Shown here: positions 30,501 to 39,658 of the stretch, piece by piece
Layout: every line of letters starts with the position of its first letter
Numbering within the stretch: position 1 is the first letter of the stretch
Source of the DNA: an uncultured virus (IMG/VR IMGVR_UViG_3300033388_001337)
Taxonomy: Duplodnaviria; Heunggongvirae; Uroviricota; Caudoviricetes; Crassvirales
Length of the DNA stretch: 64,000 nt
Reading direction: 5' to 3' (one strand)
IMG/VR virus record: IMGVR_UViG_3300033388_001337
Notes under the pieces: model-generated
Told to the model about the DNA's origin: nothing
Seen by the model: only the letters and a program-made list of their open reading frames with translations
The model's database searches: none
Position numbers and translations under genes: made by a program

Positions 30501-33220
30501 TAATAGATGGTAACACACAATTAAAACTTGCTAAACAAGCTCAGTATCAGGCTCATCTTGAAAATATTAATGCAGCATATGAAGCTATTACAGGAGAGAA
30601 ATTAGATTTAGGTATAAAAGAAAATATAGAAAAGGCTAAGAAAAAAATTGCTGAGACTAAAACACAGAAAGAACAAAATGCTTCTAAGATATTTTTACTT
30701 AGTAGAATGATGACTACAATAGCTTCAGGATTAAGTTACTTCCGTGATGCTACTTCAGGTCTTTCGTTGTTGATGGAAAAAATTGACGTACTCCCTGGTG
30801 AATTGTTTGGTGGGGTAATGCAAGACTTAGTGTATGAAAAAATAAACGAATCTAGTTATGCTTTTAAACAGTTTCAGATTGATAATCAGAAAATGTTAGA
30901 AGACAAGGCTATTGAATTATTTGTAGACCCTAGATTCTTAGGCATCAAGAAACCATCCTTTATAAAAAGAAGACAAGCTCGTAATGCTTTGCGTGAAATG
31001 AATATTCCTGCTAATAAAAAGGGAGGGCTACTAGGTAGAGCTGGAAGAAAACTAAAATCTATGTTTACTAGGGCTGGTGCTAAAGAAATTTACACCACCT
31101 TTACCAAAGGAGTTAGAAGAGATGCAGATGGTAATCCTATATTTAGAGACCAAGCGGCTGTAGACGCAGCTTTAGCTGATTACAAAAATGCTAGAGGATT
31201 TTTTAACAGACTACGTAAGAAGGCTATACTACGAGGAGTTATGGATAAAAATGTAATGGATTTAAGTGATGGACAAACTTATTATTTATACAACCAATAC
31301 AAAGACCCACGTAATCATATAAACTTTGAAAACTCTCCAGAGATTGGAAAGGATCATGCTCGTATTATGAGACAGCTTGAGGAGTCTATGTCAGATGAGT
31401 TAAAGGCTTGGGCTGACTGGCAAGTGAATGAGTTATATCCATTTCTCTATAACAGATATAACAGGGTGTTTAAGAAGCTATATCACACTAATTTAAATTG
31501 GAATAGATACTATGCAGGAAGATTATATTTAGATGGAGTAGAAAGAGATGCTGTAAACTTAACAGGTAAACCAAATATTTACAAAAAAGACGGTGTTACA
31601 AGCGCCTCTATGTTTGATAGAGTACACCATAAAAATGGTATTGAGTTAGCAAACGGTAATGATGTTCTATCAACGTACCTGACTGATATGGATTGGTTTG
31701 CTGCATATGGGGAAAGTATAAATCAAATAAGCAAGATGTTTGGCAATTCAGTTATAGCTGGTGCAATAAAAGCTAAAGAAGGAAAGTTCTTTTACGATAC
31801 TGTTATAAAGATTATAGATGAGATAGCTGGTAGAGGAATACAGGCTTCAGGATCAACTAAATTAATTAACATAACAAACAACTTCTTCTTAACTACAAGA
31901 TTAGCTTTAACACCTATCCTTGCAGTAAAACAGCTACTATCTACAGTAACATACATTGGAGATATTGGTGCAGTAAACTGGTTAAAATATGCGGGCATGA
32001 TGACAGCTAACACTGTAACATTTGGAAAGTTCGGTAAAGGTTTTGTAGGTGCTGCAAGAGAAATATTTGCAAACTCACCTTATATGCAAGACCGATACAG
32101 TGCAGGATTCCAAAGAACACTAGAGGCTTATGACGGAACAAAAGAAACAAGATTAGTGGGAACGGGTGGTCAAAGATATCTACAGTTTGTTATGGACTTT
32201 AACTTGTTTTTCTCAAAGCTGGGTGATGCTGGAGCAATATTCTTAGGTGGTATTCCTAACTATTTATACTTTAAAGAACAGGCACGTAAGACTAATCCTG
32301 ATGCTACAGAACAAGAAATTATTGATATTGCAATAAAGCAGTTTCAAAGAAACACTAAAAATACTCAGCAGTCTTCAGACCTTCAAGATAAAGATATCTA
32401 CCAAATGGGTGGTAGTGCTTTAAGGTATTTAAATATGTTTAAAACCTCTCCTAAACAATATTTAAGAAACTCTATGTATTCACAGATACAGTTGGGTAGA
32501 AAAATTGGAGCTGCTACAAAAGCAATTTTTCAAGGAAGAAATCCTTTAACAGCGATGAGTCAAGCAGGTAAAGGAACATTTGCAGAAAATTTAAGAAACT
32601 GGTTCTTATACCACGTTACAATGCCTGTTACTTTCCAATACGTAAGTATGGGGTTGCCAGGATTATTAAAGCCAGAGTTTGATGATGAGGATACTGCAGA
32701 TTTAGCCAGAGCAGCTGTATTAGGTAATGTAAATGCTGTATTTATATTAGGAGATTTAATAAAAGCAGCTGCAGATTTAACAATAGGAGGAAAAAGATAT
32801 GCTACTGAGGCAGGTGTCGGTATTCCTATCTATGAGTTGTATGAAAACTTTGGTAAAAACTACGTAAAGTTTTTAACTGTAAAAGACCCTGAATTAAAAA
32901 CTTACTATGCTGTGAAGGCTATGGGTAATATAGCAGACATGAAAGGTCTACCAGGATCAAAGGGAGTTCAGTTGTTCTATCATTTAGATAAAATAAGTAA
33001 TGGACAAATACAGGATAATGAAAAATTAATGAGAGCTTTAGGGTTTAGCGAGTACATAGTAAAACAAAGTTTCCCTAAAGAAGATAAGATGCCTCCTGGA
33101 TTAACCAGAAAACAACAAGAGGAGTGGAAAAAGAAACAGCGTAAAAAGTCTGGTTTATTAACCAGATCAGAACAGGCTGAAAAATTAAGAAAACAAAGAC
33201 AAAAAAATAGAAGAAAGTAA
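24545..33220 (+). CDS. Giant putative ejected multidomain protein with zincin-like HExxH motif
   Basis: 2891 aa; Ala/Gly hydrophobic segment, 'NTIYIN...TIAHEIGH', APKKK repeats, long helical regions. Confidence 0.7.
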   Translation: MENKLFEELYSYFSDEGLTDLAAEEFFNAYKDIESPQYSELYQYLFDEGMTDLSKEEFNEKYFTEQVVEKKNPDLTPVVPGGPGSPDAPSNFTPEEEDTESPTTPQVTPPSSDIGEEEIIEEEPEEETVTYTASLGGDGTPETEDQNIVRTTDVTPGLNPQGEKITAIEELFGYNGFTDFFGDMYRGVEVGAAQADAVDEYMALALSNPNNISDEDVADYLEALERLESQPESKEMEEFRKVSAANGGGFMGMMVGLMQNFSIAPAVMLQSLRSMLNAYSLATGGASAVVVGKASAAASAGLAAAASSFTGPGAAIAGTLAGLIGGTTGAIGGFIGGATTALEGALSFGEFFKEEIEKQDLPVNERGVKTILQDPEAMARIRNRALSRGFTIGTVEALTFGLSKGAVTGIAKVGTEGVKKGILAGTMKGTRAIQASNISAAAAAYAIEAGGGSLGEVLGRVAADQEMDEIDIFLEGIAGTSTAPISLASGLMKVPKYKINGKPATQADVDALLKKVEDGGMTMEELASPELNIEVFNDPVRKKIITDAKSYAKLGLELDPNITEFADKKLAIDLEYKKRAIKNPDLETSKETIKKIDKVLKAISNKYNGTLDAEAKAELIKEGVESPTQEQITERANAIFKRITETVDVQKLTTGRSKVGKRDESEQETTEQSQEEAEVAATETEKTEVTDQDAIDALNEEGITDPTDKQVADKKQSLQVEVDKLEEQKEPAMQRNESTETETTTKDGSKIKVAVEKVMDNLFNYQGKPITNKVARVAYNKTVNIAKRAAKAAKRILPKTKIVLVEDPDTFTLLTGKPDAAGEYSVADNTIYINTSKATTATIAHEIGHAAFIQALKKSEKNITAVTTRMFESLKNSKALNNIRVTYTDTRTGKKVKETLEDYLNKFAEQYESNLQNEEKLMEAIGFLAGNFSRLDIKEQGTIRKFVNKILKALKLDRFVSEVTKTDRQIVQFMNAIAGKVASGTELTTEDLSILQEIEQEVAAEEAAAPKKKAPKKKAPKKKAPKKKAPSKKTPKAEPKPKATKKSTVKGQQEEEVVVEDATQTELQFDKELSETGTAAVGNPTEIASPEQELQNEIESIEEERDAEIAAIQEEISSVKIDLKNDLIGKTKDQKIELREEAKATLDDLKFEISEIKREAKKAITQAKKDAKKGISDRSQINFRESYDMSLVKPSDKIDINALIKDIQNKKQKVWFWTADQLGAGMVDGQMMDAGPSYALQPENREKGIIWAASKSPKLINDKIKESDYIFIMSGSPTKSQLFNKKVYDAFVSKLGDFNVFKKEVLGMKKVVGVVKNILNKHEGWASLRRSPERKAFLNALVNQFDKKGTELKLLLEKQNAVIDLNKFRDGFYKANNFGMNDIMLVLKPTKAGGQSQHSTYGTDILGEVVGVPDRKVNAFNIMPAELKAKYERPLTLSEQSQAVAPYGIGVRDVELTERQQKNFARFIDNYQINERGFMPSTVFDVGRLKREAKEFGYGVRTARFREGYRAGEISGYYLTKNGKFFNPRARYQMIDSNNPIEVIVDARKNKISDAAIKIKLRADGLSTSQIAAALENAELFADISTQVPSAFLILGDKVGRKVYNRVVDFVKKTNIENAKKKYRMSDAEMAAIADKKEKALRKKAKLKSPDTIKEEVADFTARMKKKNPKLTQDELNELAVKKANDINRVEEKKLNTINKAMRKFREDQVKRNNSKPAKLTKAEIIDKAIEVLQTDPAYIDAAGKVEGKSDLQSLMVDQLIVALSTKAALDTNTKVEQAKQRIKKQTKGKVKINTKKDLFYTQTQLINLIKKTIPAAQFNKKQVKDLMAKVRDLVKPGINVEQVFNEVVAEINTINSKILQQEMTGILTKKYESKSGGVTRAKEVIGDVAARIKNILKNTLVEENKNLDIDELDNQVTKKNAQLQDRMNELEAEIKGSPENVEELVNEMADIQLAMMINSTLTLEDSSTAKVEELNSILQNLDELLIDGNTQLKLAKQAQYQAHLENINAAYEAITGEKLDLGIKENIEKAKKKIAETKTQKEQNASKIFLLSRMMTTIASGLSYFRDATSGLSLLMEKIDVLPGELFGGVMQDLVYEKINESSYAFKQFQIDNQKMLEDKAIELFVDPRFLGIKKPSFIKRRQARNALREMNIPANKKGGLLGRAGRKLKSMFTRAGAKEIYTTFTKGVRRDADGNPIFRDQAAVDAALADYKNARGFFNRLRKKAILRGVMDKNVMDLSDGQTYYLYNQYKDPRNHINFENSPEIGKDHARIMRQLEESMSDELKAWADWQVNELYPFLYNRYNRVFKKLYHTNLNWNRYYAGRLYLDGVERDAVNLTGKPNIYKKDGVTSASMFDRVHHKNGIELANGNDVLSTYLTDMDWFAAYGESINQISKMFGNSVIAGAIKAKEGKFFYDTVIKIIDEIAGRGIQASGSTKLINITNNFFLTTRLALTPILAVKQLLSTVTYIGDIGAVNWLKYAGMMTANTVTFGKFGKGFVGAAREIFANSPYMQDRYSAGFQRTLEAYDGTKETRLVGTGGQRYLQFVMDFNLFFSKLGDAGAIFLGGIPNYLYFKEQARKTNPDATEQEIIDIAIKQFQRNTKNTQQSSDLQDKDIYQMGGSALRYLNMFKTSPKQYLRNSMYSQIQLGRKIGAATKAIFQGRNPLTAMSQAGKGTFAENLRNWFLYHVTMPVTFQYVSMGLPGLLKPEFDDEDTADLARAAVLGNVNAVFILGDLIKAAADLTIGGKRYATEAGVGIPIYELYENFGKNYVKFLTVKDPELKTYYAVKAMGNIADMKGLPGSKGVQLFYHLDKISNGQIQDNEKLMRALGFSEYIVKQSFPKEDKMPPGLTRKQQEEWKKKQRKKSGLLTRSEQAEKLRKQRQKNRRK
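27569..27628 (+). repeat. 4x 15-bp tandem repeat encoding (APKKK)4
   Basis: gcgcctaaaaagaaa gcgcctaagaagaaa gcacctaaaaagaaa gcacctaagaagaaa. Confidence 0.95.
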
Positions 33221-33468
33221 TGCCGCAGTTTGATGAACATAAATGTATGACTCAAAGCTATCAAGTTTTAACTGGTAGAAAAACTTTCGAAGACCTCTTG
33301 GAAGAGGATGAAGATGTGGCTCTTATGTTTAACCCAACCCGCCCTGTTATAGTAATGGTAGATGATATCTATGATGTACTTATAGACTACTTCGCATCAC
33401 TAGAAGAGTATGAAAAATGCCAAGAAATTTTGGATATAAAAAATTTAGCAAGAGCGATTCAAGAATGA
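33220..33468 (+). CDS. Hypothetical protein with UVR-like C-terminal motif
   Basis: 'LIDYFASLEEYEKCQEI'; last gene of the + strand block. Confidence 0.6.
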   Translation: MPQFDEHKCMTQSYQVLTGRKTFEDLLEEDEDVALMFNPTRPVIVMVDDIYDVLIDYFASLEEYEKCQEILDIKNLARAIQE

Positions 33469-33623
33469 AAGATTCTAGGTCTTCTTACTTTAACTAGATC
33501 TATTGAAGCTATTGATCTATTTCTACTATACTGTTCAATAGATTTTTCTATATCATCTGTTCTTAATTCTACAGATTCTTTAGTACCATCTGTCAAAGTA
33601 TATTTAACTAAGTAGGTTTTCAT
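33459..33623 (-). CDS. Small hypothetical protein (54 aa, not in ORF track)
   Basis: MKTYLVKYTLTDGTKESVELRTDDIEKSIEQYSRNR...; ATG directly after the phosphoesterase stop. Confidence 0.6.
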   Translation of the reverse strand: MKTYLVKYTLTDGTKESVELRTDDIEKSIEQYSRNRSIASIDLVKVRRPRIFHS

Positions 33624-34715
33624 TTAAAAATAATGTGTTAGTCTAGCGACTTGACCTGTGGTTTTTTCGTGTATAAAACCTTCACAAGCTAAAGGTGCGC
33701 CAGTGTAACCTTTGCGTGAATGCCAGCTGTCTGCTGAAGAAGGTGACCTCATATATTCAACAGTCACCCCAATAAAATCTTTTCCATCTCTCCATTTATG
33801 TTTTATCTTATGATGTAAATGATGTAAGTACCAATACCTGTGCGTAGTTTGAGACCAGTCTTGTGGATTTTCTTGAGCCATTAGTAAAGGTAGGTTATCC
33901 ATTTTAGCTCCGTCACCATGCTCTATACCTATAAGGTTTGTTCCGTAAGTATAATACTTTCTATGAGCAACACTAATGTCAAACTTAACATCTTTAGCTT
34001 TTCTGAACCAGCTTTTTAAAGTATGTGCTAAGTGAAATCCTGATTGATAATCGTGGTTACTCATACTATGAAGCACATCAACAGGAGCTATGTGCCTCAA
34101 CATTTCAACACACTTTACATACAACATCAAAGCTATCTCATAATGCTCCCACCACTTACCATCTGTGTCTTGATAAGTTCCTTTAGTAGTTGTAGAGTAA
34201 ACATTATCTATATGTAGAATATCGTTTCCTATGCAGAATAAAACACGATCAATATCAAACCCTTTGGATTTTTCAATCAGCCCAGAAACACCCTCTAAAA
34301 CTCGTTTAACAGCAGTTTGGCAGTCATACTTTTGTTTTGTCTCTACTTCACTTGCGTATTTACCAATGTGTACATCAGCAGGATTTATTACTAACAAGTG
34401 TGTTCCTTTTTTTCTTTTAATTGCTGGGTATTCAGGTGAATACTCAGCTAAAAACTTATTTACTTTAGAAAATAATTGTTGTTCATCTAGCCCTATATTC
34501 TCTTTAGTTACAATAGAAAATCTATATTCACCACTACCGCTCTGCCAATGCTTTACACTTACTACATCTTTTTTATCAATACCTCTTTCTTCTAGATGTA
34601 TATCAAGAGCTGTGTTATTATTAATATTGTCAAGGGTTGTGGCTCTTTTTTGAAGAATGTAATCTACTTCCTCTACAGACAGCCTGAGTCTTTTACCGTA
34701 ATTTTTAGATTTCAT
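33624..34715 (-). CDS. Calcineurin-like metallophosphoesterase
   Basis: Motifs DVH, GNDILH, NHD, HGD, HLHH. Confidence 0.85.
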   Translation of the reverse strand: MKSKNYGKRLRLSVEEVDYILQKRATTLDNINNNTALDIHLEERGIDKKDVVSVKHWQSGSGEYRFSIVTKENIGLDEQQLFSKVNKFLAEYSPEYPAIKRKKGTHLLVINPADVHIGKYASEVETKQKYDCQTAVKRVLEGVSGLIEKSKGFDIDRVLFCIGNDILHIDNVYSTTTKGTYQDTDGKWWEHYEIALMLYVKCVEMLRHIAPVDVLHSMSNHDYQSGFHLAHTLKSWFRKAKDVKFDISVAHRKYYTYGTNLIGIEHGDGAKMDNLPLLMAQENPQDWSQTTHRYWYLHHLHHKIKHKWRDGKDFIGVTVEYMRSPSSADSWHSRKGYTGAPLACEGFIHEKTTGQVARLTHYF

Positions 34716-34896
34716 CAGATAGAGATTGTATTAAGTCAGCAAGAACTTTAATTAAATTTTGCGCCTTCTTCTTTGCTGCTTCATGCTCTCTATCCATTAA
34801 GTCTTCGTAGATATCAGTTCCAAAGTCATGAATACTATTAGACACAAAATTGATGTGACTAATGGTATTAACATCATCTTTAGAAACTCTAGACAT
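34705..34896 (-). CDS. Hypothetical protein
   Basis: 63 aa, overlaps both neighbours in an operon. Confidence 0.6.
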   Translation of the reverse strand: MSRVSKDDVNTISHINFVSNSIHDFGTDIYEDLMDREHEAAKKKAQNLIKVLADLIQSLSDEI

Positions 34897-35311
34897 TTAT
34901 TTTATCTTGGATAGCTTTTATATTATTAGTTAGTTCTTGTACTTGTAAATTTAAGGATTTATTTTGTTCCACCAAATTATTCACTGTCTTTTTGAGCAGC
35001 TCAGGGTTGAACTCTATGTACTCTTGACAGTCACTTTTCCATACTTGTAAGGCTTTTGAGTAATTACGATTAAAGTTTTTATCTACCTCAACTTCGTTCT
35101 GAAAGTTTTTTAAAGCTGACATAACAGTTACGTGATTCATTCCGAATTGGGTCGCAATAAATTGATAGGTTAATCCTAACTCTTGTCGTAAGATAGCATA
35201 ACAAATAGCTCGAGCTTGTATAAATTCTGTTTTACGTGATTTATTTGATGGATCTACTCCTAAAAGGTCTTTCACTATTCCTTTTAAGGCGTTGGTCTTT
35301 GCAATATTCAT
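34889..35311 (-). CDS. DnaA domain IV-like helix-turn-helix protein
   Basis: 'KSRKTEFIQARAICYAILRQELGLTYQFIATQFGMNHVTVMSALK'. Confidence 0.75.
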   Translation of the reverse strand: MNIAKTNALKGIVKDLLGVDPSNKSRKTEFIQARAICYAILRQELGLTYQFIATQFGMNHVTVMSALKNFQNEVEVDKNFNRNYSKALQVWKSDCQEYIEFNPELLKKTVNNLVEQNKSLNLQVQELTNNIKAIQDKINV

Positions 35312-35627
35312 CTGATTTTATATATAAATTTAAGTTCATTAAGTCTAAATATTCATCCATTGATATAAGCTCAATGTCTGAAAGTATTGGATTGTCGCCC
35401 AAAGTTCTTACAAGCTCTAAAGCAAACGCTACAGGTTTATGGTTATACATAACCAAACCACCGACAACGTAAGAAACTAAGTTGCTACTAGGAATGTATT
35501 TTAAATTTTCCTCAATGAACTCAGCAATTCTAACGCTTAACGGAAACTCTATCTCTTGTAAATTTTCAATAAAGAAATCGTCAATATCATATTTTTTAAC
35601 CTCTGTATATTTCTGTCTTACACCCAT
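35241..35627 (-). CDS. Hypothetical protein
   Basis: 128 aa in the - strand operon. Confidence 0.55.
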   Translation of the reverse strand: MGVRQKYTEVKKYDIDDFFIENLQEIEFPLSVRIAEFIEENLKYIPSSNLVSYVVGGLVMYNHKPVAFALELVRTLGDNPILSDIELISMDEYLDLMNLNLYIKSDEYCKDQRLKRNSERPFRSRSIK

Positions 35628-35835
35628 GATTTCTTAATTCTTTTAATCTATATTCTTGTAATTTTGATACCTTTCCTGTACTTGTTTTGCATTCTGAAAA
35701 TAAAACATCACAGTCTGGAGGTATAGCTAGAAGATCAGGGATACCATTCTTATTGGTTTTAATAAGTTTTATAACAAAATACCCTTCACTTTCTAACTGC
35801 TTAATTCTTTTAGCCTGTATTTTTTGTTCACTCAT
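35596..35835 (-). CDS. VRR-NUC domain nuclease (Holliday junction resolvase-like)
   Basis: 'SEQKIQ...GIPDLL...FSECKT..GKVSKLQ'. Confidence 0.85.
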   Translation of the reverse strand: MSEQKIQAKRIKQLESEGYFVIKLIKTNKNGIPDLLAIPPDCDVLFSECKTSTGKVSKLQEYRLKELRNHGCKTEIYRG

Positions 35836-35838
35836 CTA

Positions 35839-37086
35839 TTACAAATCTAACAAATCTCTTTTAAAATGATTCAGTGTATAATCTTTTTTCTTCAGTACAG
35901 CTTTGTATATTTTGTTTTCTATACCCCCTTCACTAAACACCCAATATATTTTATTATACTTTCTATCTTTAGTAGTCATTCTATCTCTTGACTGCCAATA
36001 AGATGTGGCGCTGAAGTCTATATTGTAGTATACTAAAGCTTCAGCATTACGCAAACTAATTCCTTCTCTACCACTAACAATTTGTAGAGCAATGTTCTTA
36101 TTGGTGGTATCAAAAGTATATAAATCTGTACACACACTGTTGCCAAATATTTTTTTAATTGCGTTTAGTTCTTCTTTGAATTTATAAAAAATAGCTATCT
36201 TTTTCTTACCAAATTGTTTGCGAATAAAATTAGCTTTGTTATAATTTAATACAGTAGAATTACCTGACTCAAACTTTACAGTTCCAGAATATAACTGATG
36301 CAGTTTCATCATCAGCTTTACAGCAGTGTCAGCTAACACCACCTCTTCCTTTCCTTCTACAACTAGGTTTTTCTTTAACAACCTAATCACATCAGCAGTG
36401 TATTTATCTAAAGGAACAGTTAATATTTCTTCATCAGTTTTAGTTATAAAACCAGCATCCTTTTGAGAGTAGTTGATTGTATAAGGCTTCATCTTTCTTA
36501 ATATCTCTTCCCGACCACGTGAGTAATCGTTTACCATTAAACTACTTAGTTTTTTCTGAAACACATCAACGTATCTTTTACAGAAAGAGTAAAAGTTTTT
36601 ATGTTCAGCAAAAGGGTTGGTAGGTATACCGTAAACTTGATGATACATTTGACTGTATGATTCAGGAGTAGGTGTACCACTCATAAGTATAACGTATGCG
36701 TTACGTGATATACGCAGTAATTCTTTTACATCTTTTGCTCTTTTACTAGGTTTTGGAAATGCACCAAGCCCATGAGCCTCATCTATAATTACTGCATCCC
36801 ACAATACTACAGGTAACTTATGCATTGATTCATAGTTAATAACGTGTAGATCAAAAGGTGGGTTTAGTAATTTATAATCAGCCTCAATACTTGATATAGC
36901 TTTTTTCTTTGTAAGAAACAAAACCCTTGGAGTACTCATCGAGTGGTCTAGAATTCTATGACACAAGCCCATTGAAGTAAGGGTCTTTCCTGTCCTAACT
37001 TCCATAGCTAAATACAGAAACCTATATCTTTGTAACACTTGTAACCCCTGTGTTATAATTAGCTTTTGATAATCTCTAAATTCCAT
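35839..37086 (-). CDS. SNF2-like superfamily 2 helicase
   Basis: 'MEVRTGKT', 'INYESM', 'IIDEAH', 'MSGTP', 'QSRDR'; likely start at MEFRDYQ. Confidence 0.88.
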   Translation of the reverse strand: MEFRDYQKLIITQGLQVLQRYRFLYLAMEVRTGKTLTSMGLCHRILDHSMSTPRVLFLTKKKAISSIEADYKLLNPPFDLHVINYESMHKLPVVLWDAVIIDEAHGLGAFPKPSKRAKDVKELLRISRNAYVILMSGTPTPESYSQMYHQVYGIPTNPFAEHKNFYSFCKRYVDVFQKKLSSLMVNDYSRGREEILRKMKPYTINYSQKDAGFITKTDEEILTVPLDKYTADVIRLLKKNLVVEGKEEVVLADTAVKLMMKLHQLYSGTVKFESGNSTVLNYNKANFIRKQFGKKKIAIFYKFKEELNAIKKIFGNSVCTDLYTFDTTNKNIALQIVSGREGISLRNAEALVYYNIDFSATSYWQSRDRMTTKDRKYNKIYWVFSEGGIENKIYKAVLKKKDYTLNHFKRDLLDL

Positions 37087-39469
37087 CTTCGTATTTTTTA
37101 TTTTCAAAGTGAATCCACTTACCAATCATATCTCTACCTATTGAAATTTTTAATGTATCTTTATAGATTGCATAAGAGTTAAGCCATTTATTAAATTTGG
37201 TTCTTGATATAGTAAATTTAGATTTAGGTGCGTAATCAGGATATTCATTTATAAAGTCATTGTACAAGTCGGACATATATATTCTTTTGTCCATAATAAA
37301 CTTTTCACTTTCAGTATTATTGATTATACCTAACCATTCTAAAAAGTCGTGACTAGTCTCGGCAGAAAGTTTCCTAATCCTTAGATTAACAAACTCACTC
37401 TTCATTAATCCATTCATTAAATATAACTGAAGATTGCTAATCATATAGTTATCAAACTGACACCACTCATCATCATCCCATTCTCCAAACATCATCTTTC
37501 CGAACTCAACTAATGGAGTAAAATCTTTATTATAATGCTGTGTCAATTCTAACTCCCATTTTCTTCTTTCAAAACTTGCACCCTTACCTCTGATCGCATA
37601 GTTAGTAGTAATCGCAACCTTTGGGCTTTTGCTAAAAGGTATCTTAATAGCATCTTTGTTTTTCTTTTCTAAAGTCAAGCCCTCTGTCACAACACTAAAT
37701 AATCTTTCAAAGTCAAAAGCTTTCTTTACATCATCAAAGCAAAGTATTTGAGTGTCGGCAGAAACTAATTGATATGCAAAGCTTTTTTCAAAATTAAACG
37801 ACTTACCATCAATTACTACAAGCTTTTTCATATGCGATAATCCATTCATAAATAATCCTTTTCCTGTACCACCTTCTGGATTCTCAGAAATAACCTCATC
37901 ATTTAATATTGTAGCTGGACTGTAAGATAAATTTTTCCAACCGTGTAGCAAGTATCCAATAGTAGAACGCATAGAGTTTATTCTACTGTCATTTTCCCCA
38001 CAAATATTAGAGATAAATACTTTATAGTCACACTCTTTAGGCTCACATAAAGTAAATGTTCTGTCAATTACATGATCCTTCCAAACGTACCCACCCAAGT
38101 CTATGTAATCTATCATAGTTACTTTGTCTTGTGTAATTTTTACTGCACTGTTTTTATAATATAAATATGCAGTGTCTTTATCATCCTCAATAAAGTACAC
38201 ATCTATGGATGAAAGTAGTGTAAGAAACTCTTCCCTAAAATATCTTGTGTGTTCTGCAAAATAATTATACACCGTGTAATCATCTATGCCTAGTAAATAG
38301 TTCAGGATAAAATCTTTTATTTCTTTTTCACTAGTATGGTCAATTAGATTATTGGTTACCTTAACAAAAATGTAACTCTTACTTCCTTCAGGGTTAAACT
38401 TGTAGAATCCGTTTTCTTCTAAAAAGTTTTTAAATAATATATGTACTATTTTAATTGTACCTTTTTCGTTCTTAGTCCAAAATTTATGATTAGCTTGTTC
38501 TTCCTCAAGCCTGTTAATCACATTATCTGCTACACCGACCTCAATATTGGACTCTTCTAATTGAGATCTAATTTCTTTTTTTGATACTCCTCGTTTTAAT
38601 TTTTCTTTTACTTCATTTATTTTATCCTCATCTTGATAATATTTTGTACCAAAGTTTTGTCTATGTGAATATGCAGACTGTATAGTTCTACGCACCTCGC
38701 TTGAAGGAAAGTCACGTGAAGAGAATCTATTAATAACATACTCGGCTAGGTTTTGATTTACACCGAAGTCATTAAATGCAGATGCTAAAATATATACATT
38801 GTTGTTTCTTTCCCCTTCAATCATTCCATACTTTCTAGTCCACCACTTAAGTAATATGTCTACTATTTTATTTTCATCAGTAATAGGAATAGTGGGTAGA
38901 TCAACGTGCTTTCTTATCTGTTCATACTCTTGTTCCTCAATATCTTCCCATACACTAGCCAACGTATTGATGTGTATCAGGGGGTCGTAAGACTCATAAC
39001 AAACTCTTGATAAGTTTTTAGAAGTCTTATCGAAATGTGGAGAATCAAAATGTTTTTGTAAAGCCAAAAAGTAACCTTTGTGATTTGCTACATCTTCTGG
39101 AATACGAACTAAAGCCTTTAAACCCTCTCCACTAGGGCTTATAAATACCGAGTATACATACTTGTTTTTAGATAATCTTTCTTTTTCTTGTAGTAGTTCT
39201 TTGTTAGATTTATATCCATCAAAGTCTAGACATATAATACCACTGTGTACATTTAATGAGTTGTCATTTCGTTTCGTAAACTGCCCACTAAAACAAATAG
39301 CGGGTAAAGATTGTTTCAATAAATTACGTTTAGACTTATCCTTTTCTTGCCTGATTTTCTTAACTAAATCTTTTGATTTTCCCTCTTGGATGCGATTTAA
39401 AACAACTGAAATATCCACAAAAAAAGGCTGTGATGTCTCTTTTATGTTTTGAAATATGGTTATTTTCAT
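37076..39469 (-). CDS. Primase-helicase (BT4734/VirE-N-like prim-pol, PriCT, P-loop helicase)
   Basis: 'CLDFD', 'FISPSGEGLK', 'GERNNN', Walker A GGTGKG, 'CFDD', 'ITTN'. Confidence 0.85.
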   Translation of the reverse strand: MKITIFQNIKETSQPFFVDISVVLNRIQEGKSKDLVKKIRQEKDKSKRNLLKQSLPAICFSGQFTKRNDNSLNVHSGIICLDFDGYKSNKELLQEKERLSKNKYVYSVFISPSGEGLKALVRIPEDVANHKGYFLALQKHFDSPHFDKTSKNLSRVCYESYDPLIHINTLASVWEDIEEQEYEQIRKHVDLPTIPITDENKIVDILLKWWTRKYGMIEGERNNNVYILASAFNDFGVNQNLAEYVINRFSSRDFPSSEVRRTIQSAYSHRQNFGTKYYQDEDKINEVKEKLKRGVSKKEIRSQLEESNIEVGVADNVINRLEEEQANHKFWTKNEKGTIKIVHILFKNFLEENGFYKFNPEGSKSYIFVKVTNNLIDHTSEKEIKDFILNYLLGIDDYTVYNYFAEHTRYFREEFLTLLSSIDVYFIEDDKDTAYLYYKNSAVKITQDKVTMIDYIDLGGYVWKDHVIDRTFTLCEPKECDYKVFISNICGENDSRINSMRSTIGYLLHGWKNLSYSPATILNDEVISENPEGGTGKGLFMNGLSHMKKLVVIDGKSFNFEKSFAYQLVSADTQILCFDDVKKAFDFERLFSVVTEGLTLEKKNKDAIKIPFSKSPKVAITTNYAIRGKGASFERRKWELELTQHYNKDFTPLVEFGKMMFGEWDDDEWCQFDNYMISNLQLYLMNGLMKSEFVNLRIRKLSAETSHDFLEWLGIINNTESEKFIMDKRIYMSDLYNDFINEYPDYAPKSKFTISRTKFNKWLNSYAIYKDTLKISIGRDMIGKWIHFENKKYEDGI

Positions 39470-39474
39470 TGGAT

Positions 39475-39554
39475 TATGTTGAATTTATGTTGATTTTGTG
39501 TTTTGTAACCCTCTCATTTACAATTAATAACAAGAATTTATGTTGAAATGTTAA
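39475..39554. repeat. TATGTTRA direct-repeat cluster immediately upstream of the primase gene
   Basis: TATGTTGA at 39475, 39486, 39539 and AATGTTAA at 39547. Confidence 0.75.
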
Positions 39555-39658
39555 TAATGTATAGATAATGTGAAGGTAAGTAATTAAAGTCGAATAAAAA
39601 AGAGCAGAGGGGAAAATTTATAACCCCCCTACTCTTATAGTAGCCTAACCCACTAATC

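Noticed and set aside
24545..33220. Virion RNA polymerase as in crAss-like phages
   Set aside because: I saw no DxDGD/DFDxD catalytic motif, and host-type promoters precede both early and late genes.
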